From an uncultured Gemmatimonadales bacterium (lineage in GTDB: Bacteria > Gemmatimonadota > Gemmatimonadetes > Longimicrobiales > RSA9): 64,000 nt of DNA. Every line of letters begins with the position of its first letter. Positions within the stretch are counted from its first letter, which is position 1. Below the pieces are notes generated by a model. That model was not told the DNA's origin, did no database searches, and worked only from the letters and a program-made list of their open reading frames with translations. The translations under genes and the position numbers were made by a program. The stretch covers positions 1,248,001 through 1,312,000 of the forward strand of contig CAVUKA010000001.1 of NCBI GenBank assembly GCA_963741945.1. Reading direction: 5' to 3'. Of this stretch, positions 9,963 to 21,351 are shown piece by piece.

Positions 9963-11840
9963 CTACCGGACGGAGTCGGCCACGAGCGCCTGGAAGCGCG
10001 TCGAGTCCGCCAGCGGGCGCCACCACCAGTCCTGGGCGATGTAGGACCGGCGCTGCGGCTGCTGCTCCAGGAAGCGGGTCAGCAGGGCCAGCGCGCGCGT
10101 GGGATCCCCGAGCTGTAGCCAGACGTTCGCTTCATAGTAGTCGAGCCACGGGCTCGGCTCCTCGTCGGCGCGAACCGCCGCGATCAGCGCGCGGGCGCTG
10201 TCCGGCTGTCCGGCGCGGGCCAGGACGGCGGCCACCTGCAGGTGACCGTGTGCCCAGACGCTGAAGCCGTAGCCCTGCTCTACCGCGTGCACCAGCGCCC
10301 ACGCCGAGTCCACGGCCAGCGGCGGACCCGCCCAGCCGGCGGACACCACGAGCAGCTCGGCCGCGAACAGCGGCTCGGCGGGGTAGCGGTGCCGCCCCTC
10401 CGCCGCGAACTCCGCCGCGCGGTCGAAACGCTCCAGCTCCAGCCACACGTGGGAGAGCGTGAACAGGATGTCGCTCTCGGCATGGATCAGGAACGGGTCC
10501 GCCGCGAGCGCCCGGTCCGCAGCCAGCGCCGCTTCCCCGAACTCGCCCCGCGACCGGAGCACTTCCGCCAACCCCACCCACGCTTCCGCGTTGCCGGAGT
10601 CCGCCGCCACCGCGCGCCGGTAGTCCGACTCCGCCTGGTCCACCAGCGCCTCGGCCGAGTCGCCCCCCACCCAGCTCAGCCGGTATTCGAGCCGCCCGCG
10701 CCACGCAAGCGCTTCCGAGTTCCGGGGCGACATCTGGAGCGCCTGCTCGACCAGCGACAGCCCCCGGCGCAGCGGCTCGGCCGCGCTGTCCGACAGCTGC
10801 GCGCGCACCTGCCCCGTCCGGATCACGGTCCCCCCCAGCCGCACGGCTGCACGGCCCAGCAGCGGCTCGATCCAGCGCGGGTCCAGGCGCATGGCCACGG
10901 CGAACAGCGAGTCCGCCTCATCGAGACGTTCCAGCGCACCGGGCTTGTCGCCGAGCGCCCACGCCAGCGTGTCCGACTGCTCCACCAGCCCGTGGGCCCG
11001 TTGCACCGCCGCCCACGCACGGCCACTGCGCGTGCCGTGGCGCGCATCGACCACCTCCAGCTCACGCCCCAGCCGCTGACCCAGCTTCCTCGCCGCTTCC
11101 GCCACGATCTCGTCCCGCAGCTCCAGCACGTCCTCCCCGCTCCGCTCCAGCCGCAGGCTCAGCGTATGGGCCCCCGTCCGCGCGTCGATCATCTGCACCG
11201 TCGCCCGCAGCTGGTCCCCGTCCGATTCCACGCTCCCCTCCACGATCGTCCCCGCGCTCAGCGCCCTCGCCACGCTGTCCAGCGGAACCGAGGCGTTGCG
11301 GAACTGCTTCACCCCGTTGCGGGACACCACCTCCAGCCGCCCGATCTGCGCCAGCTCGTGGATCAGCGCTTCCGTCAGCCCGTCCGCCACGTACCCGAGC
11401 TGGTGACCCTCCGAGAAGTCGTCGAAGTAGAGGACCGCGACACGCGCCGGATTCAGCGACGCGGCCGTCAGGCTCCCGGGGTGAAGCCACATCCCTCGCG
11501 CTCCCCAACCCACCAGCACGGTCGTGAGCAGCGTCACCGCCGCCAGCCCCATCCGCACCTCCGAGCGCACCGCCCGATCCGGCTCCCCCTCCGCGCGACG
11601 CACACCCGCCGGTGTGATGTCGAACGCCCAGGAGAGCACCAGCACCAGCGGCAGCCCCAGGATCGCGAGGATCACCACCGCACGCGGCGCCCAGTCCGGA
11701 AGGAAGAGCAGCGGGAAGACCGTCGACGTCACTTCGATCGCCGCCCACGACGCCACCAGGTAGATGCCCGCAGTCCGGAATACCCGCCGCCGGCTCAGCT
11801 CCTTCGTCAGTCCGGTCAGGCGCTCCAGGAAATCAGACAC
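9963..11840 (-). CDS. Membrane-anchored TolB-N-like/TPR protein with 'ELRRR' N-terminal module
   Basis: ELSRRRVF..YLVASW..SWAFDITP; VAVLYFDD..YVADGLTEALI; TPRs; GTG start 11840. Confidence 0.8.
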   Translation of the reverse strand: MSDFLERLTGLTKELSRRRVFRTAGIYLVASWAAIEVTSTVFPLLFLPDWAPRAVVILAILGLPLVLVLSWAFDITPAGVRRAEGEPDRAVRSEVRMGLAAVTLLTTVLVGWGARGMWLHPGSLTAASLNPARVAVLYFDDFSEGHQLGYVADGLTEALIHELAQIGRLEVVSRNGVKQFRNASVPLDSVARALSAGTIVEGSVESDGDQLRATVQMIDARTGAHTLSLRLERSGEDVLELRDEIVAEAARKLGQRLGRELEVVDARHGTRSGRAWAAVQRAHGLVEQSDTLAWALGDKPGALERLDEADSLFAVAMRLDPRWIEPLLGRAAVRLGGTVIRTGQVRAQLSDSAAEPLRRGLSLVEQALQMSPRNSEALAWRGRLEYRLSWVGGDSAEALVDQAESDYRRAVAADSGNAEAWVGLAEVLRSRGEFGEAALAADRALAADPFLIHAESDILFTLSHVWLELERFDRAAEFAAEGRHRYPAEPLFAAELLVVSAGWAGPPLAVDSAWALVHAVEQGYGFSVWAHGHLQVAAVLARAGQPDSARALIAAVRADEEPSPWLDYYEANVWLQLGDPTRALALLTRFLEQQPQRRSYIAQDWWWRPLADSTRFQALVADSVR

Positions 11841-12130
11841 GGGCCCCGGCCCTCTCTCGCCGGCCGTCCGGCCGAGGGTGGGTGCCGCGCGAGCGCGTGG
11901 GGAGAGCGTCCATGGATTCCCGGGCAGCGGGTGGGAAGGCGAACCTGTAAGATGTGGGGCGGGGGGTCCGGAGATCAAGAATCATGATCGACTACCGCGC
12001 CCCCGAGCGGCCCCACCGGCTGCTCGCGGGCCCCTGCCGTTGTCCGCGCGTGCCTGAACGCCGTATCTTCATCCTCCCACCGGCTGACGCCGGTGGCTTC
12101 CCACACCTGCAACCCGACCCGGAGAGATCC

Positions 12131-15100
12131 ATGCGGCGCTTCCCGCGCGGCCGGTGCCTGCCATCGCTGCCGTCCGTCCTCCTCCTCGCCCTCCTCGGAC
12201 CCGTGGCCGTCGCGGCCCAGCAGCAGGCGGGCGCTGCCGTGGCGGAGCGGCACGACGCGGCGATCGCGCCTCCGCAGCCTGCGGCGTTCGCGGGGCTGGA
12301 GTACCGGCTGGTGGGTCCGTTCGCGGGCGGGCGGCTGACGCGCGTGGCGGGGATCGCCGGGGATCCGCTCACGTACTACATCGCGGCCGCGTCGGGGGGC
12401 GTGTGGAAGAGCGTGGACGGCGGGCACGCGTGGAAGCCGATCTTCGACGACCAGCCCACGTCGTCCATCGGCGCCATCGCGGTGGCGCCGTCGGACCCGA
12501 ACGTGGTGTACGTGGGTGCGGGCGAGGCGAACGTGCGGGGGAACACGGCGGCGGGCGACGGGATCTACCGTTCTCTCGACGCGGGGAAGACGTGGGAGCA
12601 CGTCTGGAGGCAGGAGGGGCAGATCGGGGAGATCGCGGTGGATCGCCGGAACGCCGATGTCGCGTATGCGGCCGTGCTGGGCCACGCGTTCGGTCCGAAT
12701 CCGGAGCGCGGCGTCTACCGCACCGTGGATGGCGGGAAGACCTGGGTCCAGGTGTTGAAGAAGGACGAAGACACGGGCGCGTCGGCGGTGGCGCTCGACC
12801 CGTCGAACCCGAACATCGTCTTCGCCGGCTTCTGGCAGATGCGGCGCACGCCCTGGTCCATGACCAGCGGCGGACCGGGCAGCGGGCTCTACGTCTCCCG
12901 GGATGGCGGCGACAGCTGGAAGCAGCTAACCGGCCGCGGCCTCCCGGAAGGCATCTGGGGCAAGGTGGGGGTGGCGGTGGCACCCTCGGACGGGGACCGC
13001 GTCTACGCCATCATCGAAGCCGATGAAGGTGGCCTCTTCCGCTCCGACGACGGGGGCGACAGCTGGGACCGGGTGAACGACTCGCGCATGCTCACGCAGC
13101 GCGCCTGGTATTACGCCACCCTCACCATCGACCCCACGAACCCGGACCGCGTGTGGTTCCCCAACGTCCCGCTGGTGCGCACCATCGACGGCGGGAAGAC
13201 CGTGGAGATCGTGGAGGCTCCTCACGGCGACCACCACGACGTCTGGATCGACCCGCGGAACCCGGATCGCATGATCGACGGCCACGATGGCGGGGTGGCC
13301 ATCTCCACGGACGGCGGCGAGACGTGGCTGAGCCCCCCGCTGGCGCTGGGACAGTTCTACCACATCGCCACGGACAGCCGGAATCCGTACCGGGTCCAGG
13401 GCGCCATGCAGGACCTGGGCACGGCGCAGGCGCCGAACAACAGTCTTCGCGTGGGCGGGATCACGGACGCGGACTGGCGGGATGTGGGCGGCGGCGAGGC
13501 CGGCTTCGTTGTGTCGGACCCGGAGGACCCCGACGTCGTCTACGCGGGCGAGTACCTGGGGATCATTACGCGCCACGACGATCGCACGGGCGAGTCGCGG
13601 AACGTGAGCGCGTACCCGGAGAACCCGAGCGGCCACGGCGACATCGACGCGGAGTACCGCTTCCAGTGGACCGCCCCCATCGCCGCCAGCCCCAACGAGC
13701 CCGGCGTGATCTACCATGGCGCGCAGGTGCTTTTCCGGAGCGCGGACGGCGGGCAGACCTGGACGAAGATCAGCCCGGACCTGACGCGCAACGACACCAC
13801 GAAGCAGCGCTGGACGGGCGGCCCCATCACCGGCGACAACACGGGCGTGGAGTACTACGCCACGATTTTCGCAGTGGCGGAGTCGCCGCTGGAGAAGGGG
13901 CTGATCTGGGTGGGGAGCGACGATGGCCTGGTGCACGTCACGCGCGACGGCGGCCAGCACTGGACGGACGTGACGAAGGGGATGAAGGGCGCGCCCGAGT
14001 GGGGGACCATCGACATGGTCGAGCCCTCCCCCTTCGACGCCGCCACGGCGTACGTGGTGGTGGACGCGCACCGGCTCGACGACATGACGCCGTACCTCTA
14101 CCGCACCACCGACTACGGGAAGTCGTGGCAGCGGATCGACGGCGGTCTCCCGCGCCACACGTACCTGCACGCGGTGCGCGCGGACCCGGAGAAGCGGGGG
14201 CTGCTGTACGCGGGGACGGAGCACGGGGTCGTGATGTCGCCGGACGAGGGGAAGACGTGGCTCGGGCTGGACCTCAATCTGCCCACCGTGGCCGTGCACG
14301 ACCTGGTGGTGAAGGACAACGACCTGGTCCTCGGCACGCACGGCCGCGGCGTCTGGATCCTGGACGACCTCACCCCGATCCGGGAGTGGGGCGACGCCGT
14401 CGCCAGCCGCGACCTGGCCCTCTTCCCGCCCGTCACCACCACGGCCTGGCGCTACCGCTACACGTGGGCGGACGGCCCCGCGGGCGAGAACCCGCCCCGC
14501 GGCGCCATCGTCAACTACTGGCTCGGGGGGAAGCCGACCGGCGAGCTGAAGCTGGAAGTGCTCGACGCCACGGGCGCGGTGGTCCGCACGCTGAGCAGCG
14601 TGGCGAAGCCGATGGACCACTACTCCGAGTACGAGGAGCAGCCGGAGCCGGAGCTGACCACCGACTCCGCCCGGATCCAGCGCGCGATATGGGACCTCCG
14701 CCTCGAAGGAGCCAGGCGGATCCCTGGCGCCATGATCGACACCGGCGACCCGGCCGACGCGCCCTCCGCGCCTCCCGGCCGCTACACCCTCCGCCTGTCC
14801 GCCGACGGCGACACGGTCAGCTCCACGTTCATGGTAGTGCCGGATCCGCGCGTGCGCTTGACGGACGAAGACCGCGCCGCGCAGCTGGCGTTCGCCCGGG
14901 AGCTCCGGAGCGCGCTGGACCGGCTGGCGGATGGCGTCGCCCGGCTCAGGAGCGTGCGCGAGCAGCTGGTGGCCCGCACCGCCCGGCTGGCAGATCGGCC
15001 GGACGCGGCGGAGCTGCTGTCGAAGTCTGAAGCGCTGGTGGCGAAGCTGGACGCGCTCGAGCAGCGCATGTACTCCCCGGACGCGGACGTCACGTACGAT

Positions 15101-15343
15101 ATCCTGGCGAAGGGGAGCCGCTTCTACTCGCGGCTCACGCCACTGTACATGTGGGCCCTGGAGGGGGATGGCGCGCCCACGCAGGGGATGCGCGAGGTCT
15201 GGGCGGCGCAGCAGACGGAGCTGGAGGGATACCTGAGCGAGCTGGACACGCTGTTCGCGACGGACCTCCGGGAGATCAACTCCATGGCGGAGCGGCTGGG
15301 AATCCCCTATGTCGTGGAGAACGGGGAGACCCCGCAGGGGTGA
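12131..15343 (+). CDS. VPS10/sortilin-like BNR-repeat beta-propeller (glycosyl hydrolase-like) protein
   Basis: Signal peptide; many SxDGGxxW Asp-boxes; C-terminal coiled coil. Confidence 0.85.
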   Translation: MRRFPRGRCLPSLPSVLLLALLGPVAVAAQQQAGAAVAERHDAAIAPPQPAAFAGLEYRLVGPFAGGRLTRVAGIAGDPLTYYIAAASGGVWKSVDGGHAWKPIFDDQPTSSIGAIAVAPSDPNVVYVGAGEANVRGNTAAGDGIYRSLDAGKTWEHVWRQEGQIGEIAVDRRNADVAYAAVLGHAFGPNPERGVYRTVDGGKTWVQVLKKDEDTGASAVALDPSNPNIVFAGFWQMRRTPWSMTSGGPGSGLYVSRDGGDSWKQLTGRGLPEGIWGKVGVAVAPSDGDRVYAIIEADEGGLFRSDDGGDSWDRVNDSRMLTQRAWYYATLTIDPTNPDRVWFPNVPLVRTIDGGKTVEIVEAPHGDHHDVWIDPRNPDRMIDGHDGGVAISTDGGETWLSPPLALGQFYHIATDSRNPYRVQGAMQDLGTAQAPNNSLRVGGITDADWRDVGGGEAGFVVSDPEDPDVVYAGEYLGIITRHDDRTGESRNVSAYPENPSGHGDIDAEYRFQWTAPIAASPNEPGVIYHGAQVLFRSADGGQTWTKISPDLTRNDTTKQRWTGGPITGDNTGVEYYATIFAVAESPLEKGLIWVGSDDGLVHVTRDGGQHWTDVTKGMKGAPEWGTIDMVEPSPFDAATAYVVVDAHRLDDMTPYLYRTTDYGKSWQRIDGGLPRHTYLHAVRADPEKRGLLYAGTEHGVVMSPDEGKTWLGLDLNLPTVAVHDLVVKDNDLVLGTHGRGVWILDDLTPIREWGDAVASRDLALFPPVTTTAWRYRYTWADGPAGENPPRGAIVNYWLGGKPTGELKLEVLDATGAVVRTLSSVAKPMDHYSEYEEQPEPELTTDSARIQRAIWDLRLEGARRIPGAMIDTGDPADAPSAPPGRYTLRLSADGDTVSSTFMVVPDPRVRLTDEDRAAQLAFARELRSALDRLADGVARLRSVREQLVARTARLADRPDAAELLSKSEALVAKLDALEQRMYSPDADVTYDILAKGSRFYSRLTPLYMWALEGDGAPTQGMREVWAAQQTELEGYLSELDTLFATDLREINSMAERLGIPYVVENGETPQG

Positions 15344-15383
15344 CGGCCGGCGCTTCAGGCGCGGCCCCCAAACGGAGCCGGGG

Positions 15384-16994
15384 ATGGTGGAACGTGTGAT
15401 GATACGGCGGAAGGGCGGCGCGATCGTGGGTGGCGTCCTTCTGCTCTTCGGTCTCTACATCACGAGCCGGTACAGCTACCTGCTCTTCCACACGCTCATC
15501 GAGATGTTCACGGTGGTGGTGACCAGCGGCGTGTTCGTCATCGCGTGGAACGCCCGGGCCAGCCTTCACAACAACTATCTCCTGCTGGTGGGCGTGGCGT
15601 CCATTTTCGTGGCGCTGGTGGACCTGTTGCACGCCATCGCCTATGAGGGAATGGGCGTGTTCCCCCGGTTCGGGTCGGACCTGCCCACGCAGCTCTGGCT
15701 GGCCGGCCGCTGGATCCAGGCGCTCGCCCTCTTCGCCGCTCCGTTCTTCCTCGGGCGGCGGCTGCGCGTGTCCACCGTAGCCACGGCGTTCGGGCTGCTC
15801 ACGGCCGTTTTCCTCGTCGCAATCTTCCAAGGGCGCGTATTCCCCACCGCTTTCGCTGATGGCGTGGGGCTCACGTCATTCAAGAAGGTCAGCGAATACG
15901 CCATCTCCCTTGTCCTGCTCGCCGCCACGGCCCTGCTCTGGCGGAAGCGCGAGGCATTCGACCCGTGGGTGTGGCGCCTTCTCACTGCGTCCCTCGTCCT
16001 CACCATCGCGTCGGAGCTCACCTTCACCTTCTACCTGACCGTTTACGGTGAGACCAACCTGGTCGGGCACTTCCTGCGCCTGCTGGCGTTCTACGCGCTC
16101 TACAAGGCCGTCATCGAGACGGGACTCGTGCGGCCCCAGGCCATCCTGCTGCGCGACCTCCGGCACTCGCAGGAGCAGTTGCGCGCCCACGCGGACACCC
16201 TGGAGCGGCGCAACGATGAGCTCCGCCGGTCCGAGCGGCAGCTGCGCGATCAGGCGTTCACGCTGACGCAGCGAAACCAGGAGCTGGACGCGTTCGCCCA
16301 CACGGTGGCCCACGACCTCAAGAACCCGCTCGCGGTGATCGTCACCAACACGGAAATGGTCATCGAGTCGGACACCCTCGCGGCGGAGCGGAAGAGGACG
16401 CTGCTGCACCGGATCCGCTCGACGGCGGACAAGATGAACCGGATCATCAATGCGCTGCTCCTCCTCTCGAAGGTGCGCAGGATCGAAGCGCCGCGGGAGC
16501 TGGTGCACATGGACCGCATCGTCGACAGGGTCCGTGACGGGCTCAGCGAGATGATCGCGTCCGCCGACGCCCGGCTCACCTTACCGGACCACTGGCCGGC
16601 GGCGCAGGGGTTCGCGCCGTGGATCGAGGAGATCTGGGCCAACTACCTGAGCAACGCGCTGCGCTACGGCCGGAGCGCGCCGGGGCATCCCCCGGAGATC
16701 GAGCTGGGCGCCGATCCGCAGCAGGATGGCACCGTCCGGTTCTGGGTCCGTGACCACGGCCCTGGCGTGCCCCCCGAGGCACGCTCCGATCTGTTCGCCC
16801 CGTTCACCCAGCTCGGGAAGGTATCCGGCCCCCGTACCGGTCACGGCCTGGGCCTCTCCATCGTGGTCCAGCTCGTCGAGAAGCTGGGCGGCAGCGCGGG
16901 GATGGAGGACGCCCCCGGCGGTGGCAGCCTGTTCTACTTCACGCTCCCGGCCGCGTCGTCACCGGAGGCCGCGCCCACCCACGCGGGCCGTTAG
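15384..16994 (+). CDS. MASE3-domain membrane sensor histidine kinase
   Basis: YLLFHTLIEMF..DLLHAIAY (MASE3); H-box AHDLKNPL; NYLSNALRY, DHGPG, GHGLGL; start 15384 or 15399. Confidence 0.88.
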   Translation: MVERVMIRRKGGAIVGGVLLLFGLYITSRYSYLLFHTLIEMFTVVVTSGVFVIAWNARASLHNNYLLLVGVASIFVALVDLLHAIAYEGMGVFPRFGSDLPTQLWLAGRWIQALALFAAPFFLGRRLRVSTVATAFGLLTAVFLVAIFQGRVFPTAFADGVGLTSFKKVSEYAISLVLLAATALLWRKREAFDPWVWRLLTASLVLTIASELTFTFYLTVYGETNLVGHFLRLLAFYALYKAVIETGLVRPQAILLRDLRHSQEQLRAHADTLERRNDELRRSERQLRDQAFTLTQRNQELDAFAHTVAHDLKNPLAVIVTNTEMVIESDTLAAERKRTLLHRIRSTADKMNRIINALLLLSKVRRIEAPRELVHMDRIVDRVRDGLSEMIASADARLTLPDHWPAAQGFAPWIEEIWANYLSNALRYGRSAPGHPPEIELGADPQQDGTVRFWVRDHGPGVPPEARSDLFAPFTQLGKVSGPRTGHGLGLSIVVQLVEKLGGSAGMEDAPGGGSLFYFTLPAASSPEAAPTHAGR

Positions 16995-17053
16995 CTGCTC
17001 CCCCGAGGGGCGCTCGGGTTGCCGAGCGCTCCGCCGCTCGTCATCATGCCACC

Positions 17054-17557
17054 ATGAGCGATTCCAAACGATCCTTCTTCGAGCGCCGCATGCACGTCCC
17101 TCCCCGGGCCAATGGGGGCGACGAACCGGCGGCGAAGGAGCACGGCCGCCATGCGGCACCGGACGCCGAGCGGCAGCGACTCCACGTGGCCGCCTGCGCG
17201 CTCCTCCTGGAGCTCGCCCACGCCGACGACGAGTTCAGCGAAACGGAGCGGCTGCACATCGAGGCCGTACTCCGGCGCCACTTCGATCTCGATGAGGAAA
17301 CGGCGGAAGAGCTGATGCGGCTGGCGGAGGAGGAGCGGGAGTCCGCCATCGATCTCTTCCAGTTCACCAGCCTGATCCGCTCCAGCTACGATCTCGGCCA
17401 GAAGACGCTCCTGGCCGAGATCATGTGGGGGCTGGTGCTGGCGGACGGCGAGATCGCCCGGCACGAGGCATACATGCTCCGCAAGATCGCCAACCTGCTG
17501 GACCTCGAGCCCGGCTACCTGTCCGCGGCCCGGAAGCGAGCGGCGGAGGGAGACTAA
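17054..17557 (+). CDS. TerB family (tellurite resistance-like) protein
   Basis: LLLELAHADDEFSETE..DLFQFT..MWGLVLADGEIARHE. Confidence 0.85.
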   Translation: MSDSKRSFFERRMHVPPRANGGDEPAAKEHGRHAAPDAERQRLHVAACALLLELAHADDEFSETERLHIEAVLRRHFDLDEETAEELMRLAEEERESAIDLFQFTSLIRSSYDLGQKTLLAEIMWGLVLADGEIARHEAYMLRKIANLLDLEPGYLSAARKRAAEGD

Positions 17558-19395
17558 GGTCTCTCCCGCACCCGGACATCCCCGCTTCCGCCCGAGGCCG
17601 ACGGCGCAGCGGCGCGCCGTACCTGCAGCGTCTTCAGGACCTGGTCGCCCGGGTCCAGCGTGACTGCGGCCGGGGGGGCGGGGACGCGCACCCGCAGCGT
17701 CTCCGCCCGGGCGCTCAGCACCACGTCGCGGCTCACCTTCCGCCCGTCCGTCAGCGTCACCAACAGCGTGGTGGGGATGCGGAAGGTGGGCCAGGACGGG
17801 TCCTGCGTCTGGCGCACCACGGCCGCGACGGTCCCGGCCACCCCCGCTCCGGCACCGCTTCCACCGCCGCCGCCCTTCCCGTCGGCGCTCTCCCCGGACC
17901 ACGTCACGTCGAGCCGCGGGTACCCGGGCTCGTAGAGCCACTGCCGGAAGAACCACCCGAGATCTTCCCCGGCTTCGGTCTCCATCGCCGCCCGGAAGTC
18001 ACCGGTCATCGCCGTGCCGTGGGCGTGCTCCGCGTGGTAGCGGCGCACGCCCCGGAAGAAGGCGCTGTCGCCCACCACGCCGCGCAGCATGTGGAGCACC
18101 CACGCGCCCTTCTGGTAGTTGTTGGCGTTCAGCAGCCAGTACAGGTCCGTCGTGTCGTGGACCACGGGGTAGCCCACCACGTCCGACGTGATGTACTGCT
18201 GGCGCGCCCGCTCCATACGTGCCCGGAACGCGGCGTCCCCGTCGCGGGATCGGTAATAGAGCGGGTCGAAGTAGCTGGCGAATCCCTCGCTCAGCCATAG
18301 GTCGCTCCAGCGCGCTTCGGTCACGTCGTCGCCGAACCACTGGTGGACGGTCTCGTGCGCAATCACGCTCTCCCCCATCCGCTCCCGCTCCCACGGCAAC
18401 CGCGGGTAGAAGATCGCGCTCGCGTTCTCCATCCCGCCGAAGCGGGTGGCCGATTCCACGTGGGCCAGCTTCGCATACGGAAAGGGGCCGATGGCGCCGG
18501 TGAGGAAGTCCACGATGTCCGGCGCCCTCGCGAACCGCTGCACGCCGAACGCGCTGTCGCCCGCCAGCGGCCAGACCGAGACCGTCGCGCACCGTCCGGG
18601 CGACGCGGGCGCCCGCCCGCACGCAGCCTCACCCAGAACTGCGCGGCCGAAGTCCGCCACACCGATCACCATGGTGTAGGTGGGGATCGGCACCGCGTTC
18701 GACCAGTGCCACACCGTGCCACCCGCGCGCTCCGGGTCGGGCCCCGTCGACTCGAGCCGCCCGTTCGCCACCACTTCGAGCCCCGCGGGCACCCGCACCA
18801 GGAAGTCCACGGTAGCCTTGTCGGACGGGTGGTCGTTGGACGGGAACCACCACCGGGCCCGGTTCGGCCAGTTGTCCGCGAACGCGGTGGCCCCGCCCCG
18901 CGCGTCCGTCTCGAACGACAGGCCCTCCTTTGGACGACCGCCGTAAGCGACCGCCACCGTGACGGTGTCTCCCGCGGCGATCGGCGAACCCGGATGCAGA
19001 TCCAGCACGACGTCATCGTAGGAGAACGGCACCGGCTCACCGTCCAGTGCCACTCCCCGGACCGTCAATCCCACCAGGTCGAGCGGGAGTGCGCGCAGTG
19101 TCTGCGTGGCATGGACACGGAGCTCGGCCGTGGCCGAGAACGCGCTGTCGGCCAGCCCGCCCAGGTCCAGCGAGAGCCTGTAGCTCACCACGTCGATGCC
19201 GGCCCGGCTCGCAAGCCGTCGCGAGGCGACACCGGGCTCCGGCAGCGGCCGCGGCTCCACCGGCTCCCGCCCCGCCGTTGTCTCCGGCCCCTCCGGCATC
19301 CCCGGCCCACTCGCCGCCGGCGTGTCGGGATGGGGCGCGCACGCCGCCAGCGCGGCCACCGCACCCAGCACCAGCTGCTTCATCTTGTTCGGCAT
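17554..19395 (-). CDS. M1 family zinc aminopeptidase, lipoprotein
   Basis: Lipobox LAAC; GGMEN; HETVHQWFG..WLSEG; YQKG. Confidence 0.92.
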   Translation of the reverse strand: MPNKMKQLVLGAVAALAACAPHPDTPAASGPGMPEGPETTAGREPVEPRPLPEPGVASRRLASRAGIDVVSYRLSLDLGGLADSAFSATAELRVHATQTLRALPLDLVGLTVRGVALDGEPVPFSYDDVVLDLHPGSPIAAGDTVTVAVAYGGRPKEGLSFETDARGGATAFADNWPNRARWWFPSNDHPSDKATVDFLVRVPAGLEVVANGRLESTGPDPERAGGTVWHWSNAVPIPTYTMVIGVADFGRAVLGEAACGRAPASPGRCATVSVWPLAGDSAFGVQRFARAPDIVDFLTGAIGPFPYAKLAHVESATRFGGMENASAIFYPRLPWERERMGESVIAHETVHQWFGDDVTEARWSDLWLSEGFASYFDPLYYRSRDGDAAFRARMERARQQYITSDVVGYPVVHDTTDLYWLLNANNYQKGAWVLHMLRGVVGDSAFFRGVRRYHAEHAHGTAMTGDFRAAMETEAGEDLGWFFRQWLYEPGYPRLDVTWSGESADGKGGGGGSGAGAGVAGTVAAVVRQTQDPSWPTFRIPTTLLVTLTDGRKVSRDVVLSARAETLRVRVPAPPAAVTLDPGDQVLKTLQVRRAAAPSASGGSGDVRVRERP

Positions 19396-19430
19396 GCCAT
19401 TCCCCGGGGCTCGCGCCCCTCCACTCCTGC

Positions 19431-20420
19431 TCAGCGGTGCACCGTCCGCATGCTGGCCTCGGGGTAGCGCGCCCCGGCCGCCGCGCCCGGCGGGATCACC
19501 TCGTCGAGCCGGGCAAGGTCGTGATCCGTCAGCTCCACGTCCAGCGCGCCCACGTTCTGCTCCAGGTACTCCCGGTGCTTCGTTCCCGGGATCGGCACGA
19601 TGTCCTCACCCCGCGCCAGCACCCACGCGATCGCCAGCTGCGCCGGTGTGCATCCCTTCGCATCGGCCATTTCCTCCACGCGCTCCACCAGGTGCAGGTT
19701 CTTCTGGAAGTTCTCGCCCTGGAAGCGCGGGCTGCGCGACCGATAGTCGCCCTCCGGGAAGTCGTCCGGTGTCTTGAACCGGCCCGTGAGGAAGCCGCGC
19801 CCCAGCGGCGAGTAGGCCACGAACCCGATCCCGAGCTCACGGGCCGTGTCCAGCACACCGTTCTCCTCCGGGTCCCGGGACCAGAGAGAGTACTCCGTCT
19901 GGAGCGCGGTGATCGGGTGCGTGGCATGCGCCCGCCGAACCGTTTCCGGCGCCGCTTCGGACAGCCCGAGAAACCGCACCTTCCCCGACTCCACCAGCCC
20001 CGCCATCGCACCCACCGTTTCCTCGATCGGCACGTCCGGGTCCACCCGGTGCTGATAGTACAGGTCGATGTGGTCCACCCCCAACCGCTCCAGCGACGCG
20101 TCGCACGCCTGCCGCACGTATTCCGGTCGTCCGTTCACGCCCAGAAAACTGCCGTCTTCGCCCCGCACGTTGCCGAACTTCGTCGCCAGTGTCACCTCCT
20201 CGCGCCGGCCCCGGATCGCCCGCCCCACCAGCCGCTCGTTCTCGAACGGGCCATACATGTCCGCCGTATCCAGCAGGGTGACGCCGGCATCCAGCGCCGC
20301 GTGGATCGTCGCCACGCTCTCGGCCTCCTCGCCTTCCCCATAGAACTCGCTCATTCCCATGCAGCCCAGCCCCAGCGCCGACACCGCCAGCCCTCCGCTC
20401 CCCAGCTCCCGTTGCTCCAT
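19431..20420 (-). CDS. Aldo/keto reductase
   Basis: [38 protein letters not shown]. Confidence 0.95.
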   Translation of the reverse strand: MEQRELGSGGLAVSALGLGCMGMSEFYGEGEEAESVATIHAALDAGVTLLDTADMYGPFENERLVGRAIRGRREEVTLATKFGNVRGEDGSFLGVNGRPEYVRQACDASLERLGVDHIDLYYQHRVDPDVPIEETVGAMAGLVESGKVRFLGLSEAAPETVRRAHATHPITALQTEYSLWSRDPEENGVLDTARELGIGFVAYSPLGRGFLTGRFKTPDDFPEGDYRSRSPRFQGENFQKNLHLVERVEEMADAKGCTPAQLAIAWVLARGEDIVPIPGTKHREYLEQNVGALDVELTDHDLARLDEVIPPGAAAGARYPEASMRTVHR

Positions 20421-20632
20421 CGTGTACTCCCGTTCAGGTCCTCGTCACACCTCGGGCGTTCCGGCGGTCTGCGTCAACAAGGTCCGTTCCACGAGCCAGC
20501 TTACGGACACCGGCCCGCAGCCCACGGGCCCGGTTTGCCAGGGGCGCCAAAGCAGGACCCCCGCCCCGGAAGCAGCCGGGGCGGGGGTCCAGGACCAGGC
20601 GACGCATGCGGCCGGTCCCTGCCTGCCGTCGC

Positions 20633-21163
20633 CTAGCTGGCTGGCGGGGGCTCGGAGGCCGGCTGCTCCGGCGCCGGTGACATCATGTCCCGGTACCACT
20701 GCCACTGCCCGTCCGACCCTCGCTTCCAGATCACCGTGTAGCGCCCGTGCGCCGGCCCTTCGTTCGTGGTGTAGTCGGCCGTGCCGATCTCCCACCCCGT
20801 ATCGCCGTTCACCCCCGCCTCCTCCGTCGTGAGCGTCACGTCGCCGACGCCGGCCTGATCGTGGCCACCCTGCCAGTACTGCATGATCGCATCACGACCT
20901 TCCACTGCCGGCGCACCCGGCGGGTACAGCGTCGCGTCGGGGGCGTACACCTGCGCGAAGCCGGCTATGTCACCCTCGTTGAAGCTCCCGACGTATTGCG
21001 CGTTCACACGCTCCACCTCCTGGCGGAACGCCACGGCATCCATTGTCCCGGAAGTGCTCGGCTCCGCCGCTGCCGCGGTCTCTGAACTCTCCTGCGGCGC
21101 CGTTCCACAGGCCAGGACACCTGCAGTCGACAACATGACAAACAGAGCGGATGCAATACGCAT
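20633..21163 (-). CDS. NTF2-like / DUF4440 (YybH-like) lipoprotein
   Basis: Lipobox VLAC; YAPDATLYPPG..GRDAI..GRYTVIWKR..W.WYRDM; GGAGG RBS. Confidence 0.85.
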   Translation of the reverse strand: MRIASALFVMLSTAGVLACGTAPQESSETAAAAEPSTSGTMDAVAFRQEVERVNAQYVGSFNEGDIAGFAQVYAPDATLYPPGAPAVEGRDAIMQYWQGGHDQAGVGDVTLTTEEAGVNGDTGWEIGTADYTTNEGPAHGRYTVIWKRGSDGQWQWYRDMMSPAPEQPASEPPPAS

Positions 21164-21351
21164 AGGGGATCCTCCGCGAATCTGGGAAAAAGGATGCGTG
21201 AGTCGCAAATGTCAGCGCCCACCTCCGCGCGCGCAACTGTGCTCGGATCACTTCGCTGGCGACCTGGTGAAGACGTCACAGCAGAGCAGCGGCCGATGTC
21301 GCGATCCTGCGAAACGGAATGCCGCCGGGCGACGGGGAGGCGCCACCCCCG

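Noticed and set aside
17054-17557. TerB as part of a ter or anti-phage defence island
   Set aside because: It is a solitary gene with no other ter or defence genes nearby.
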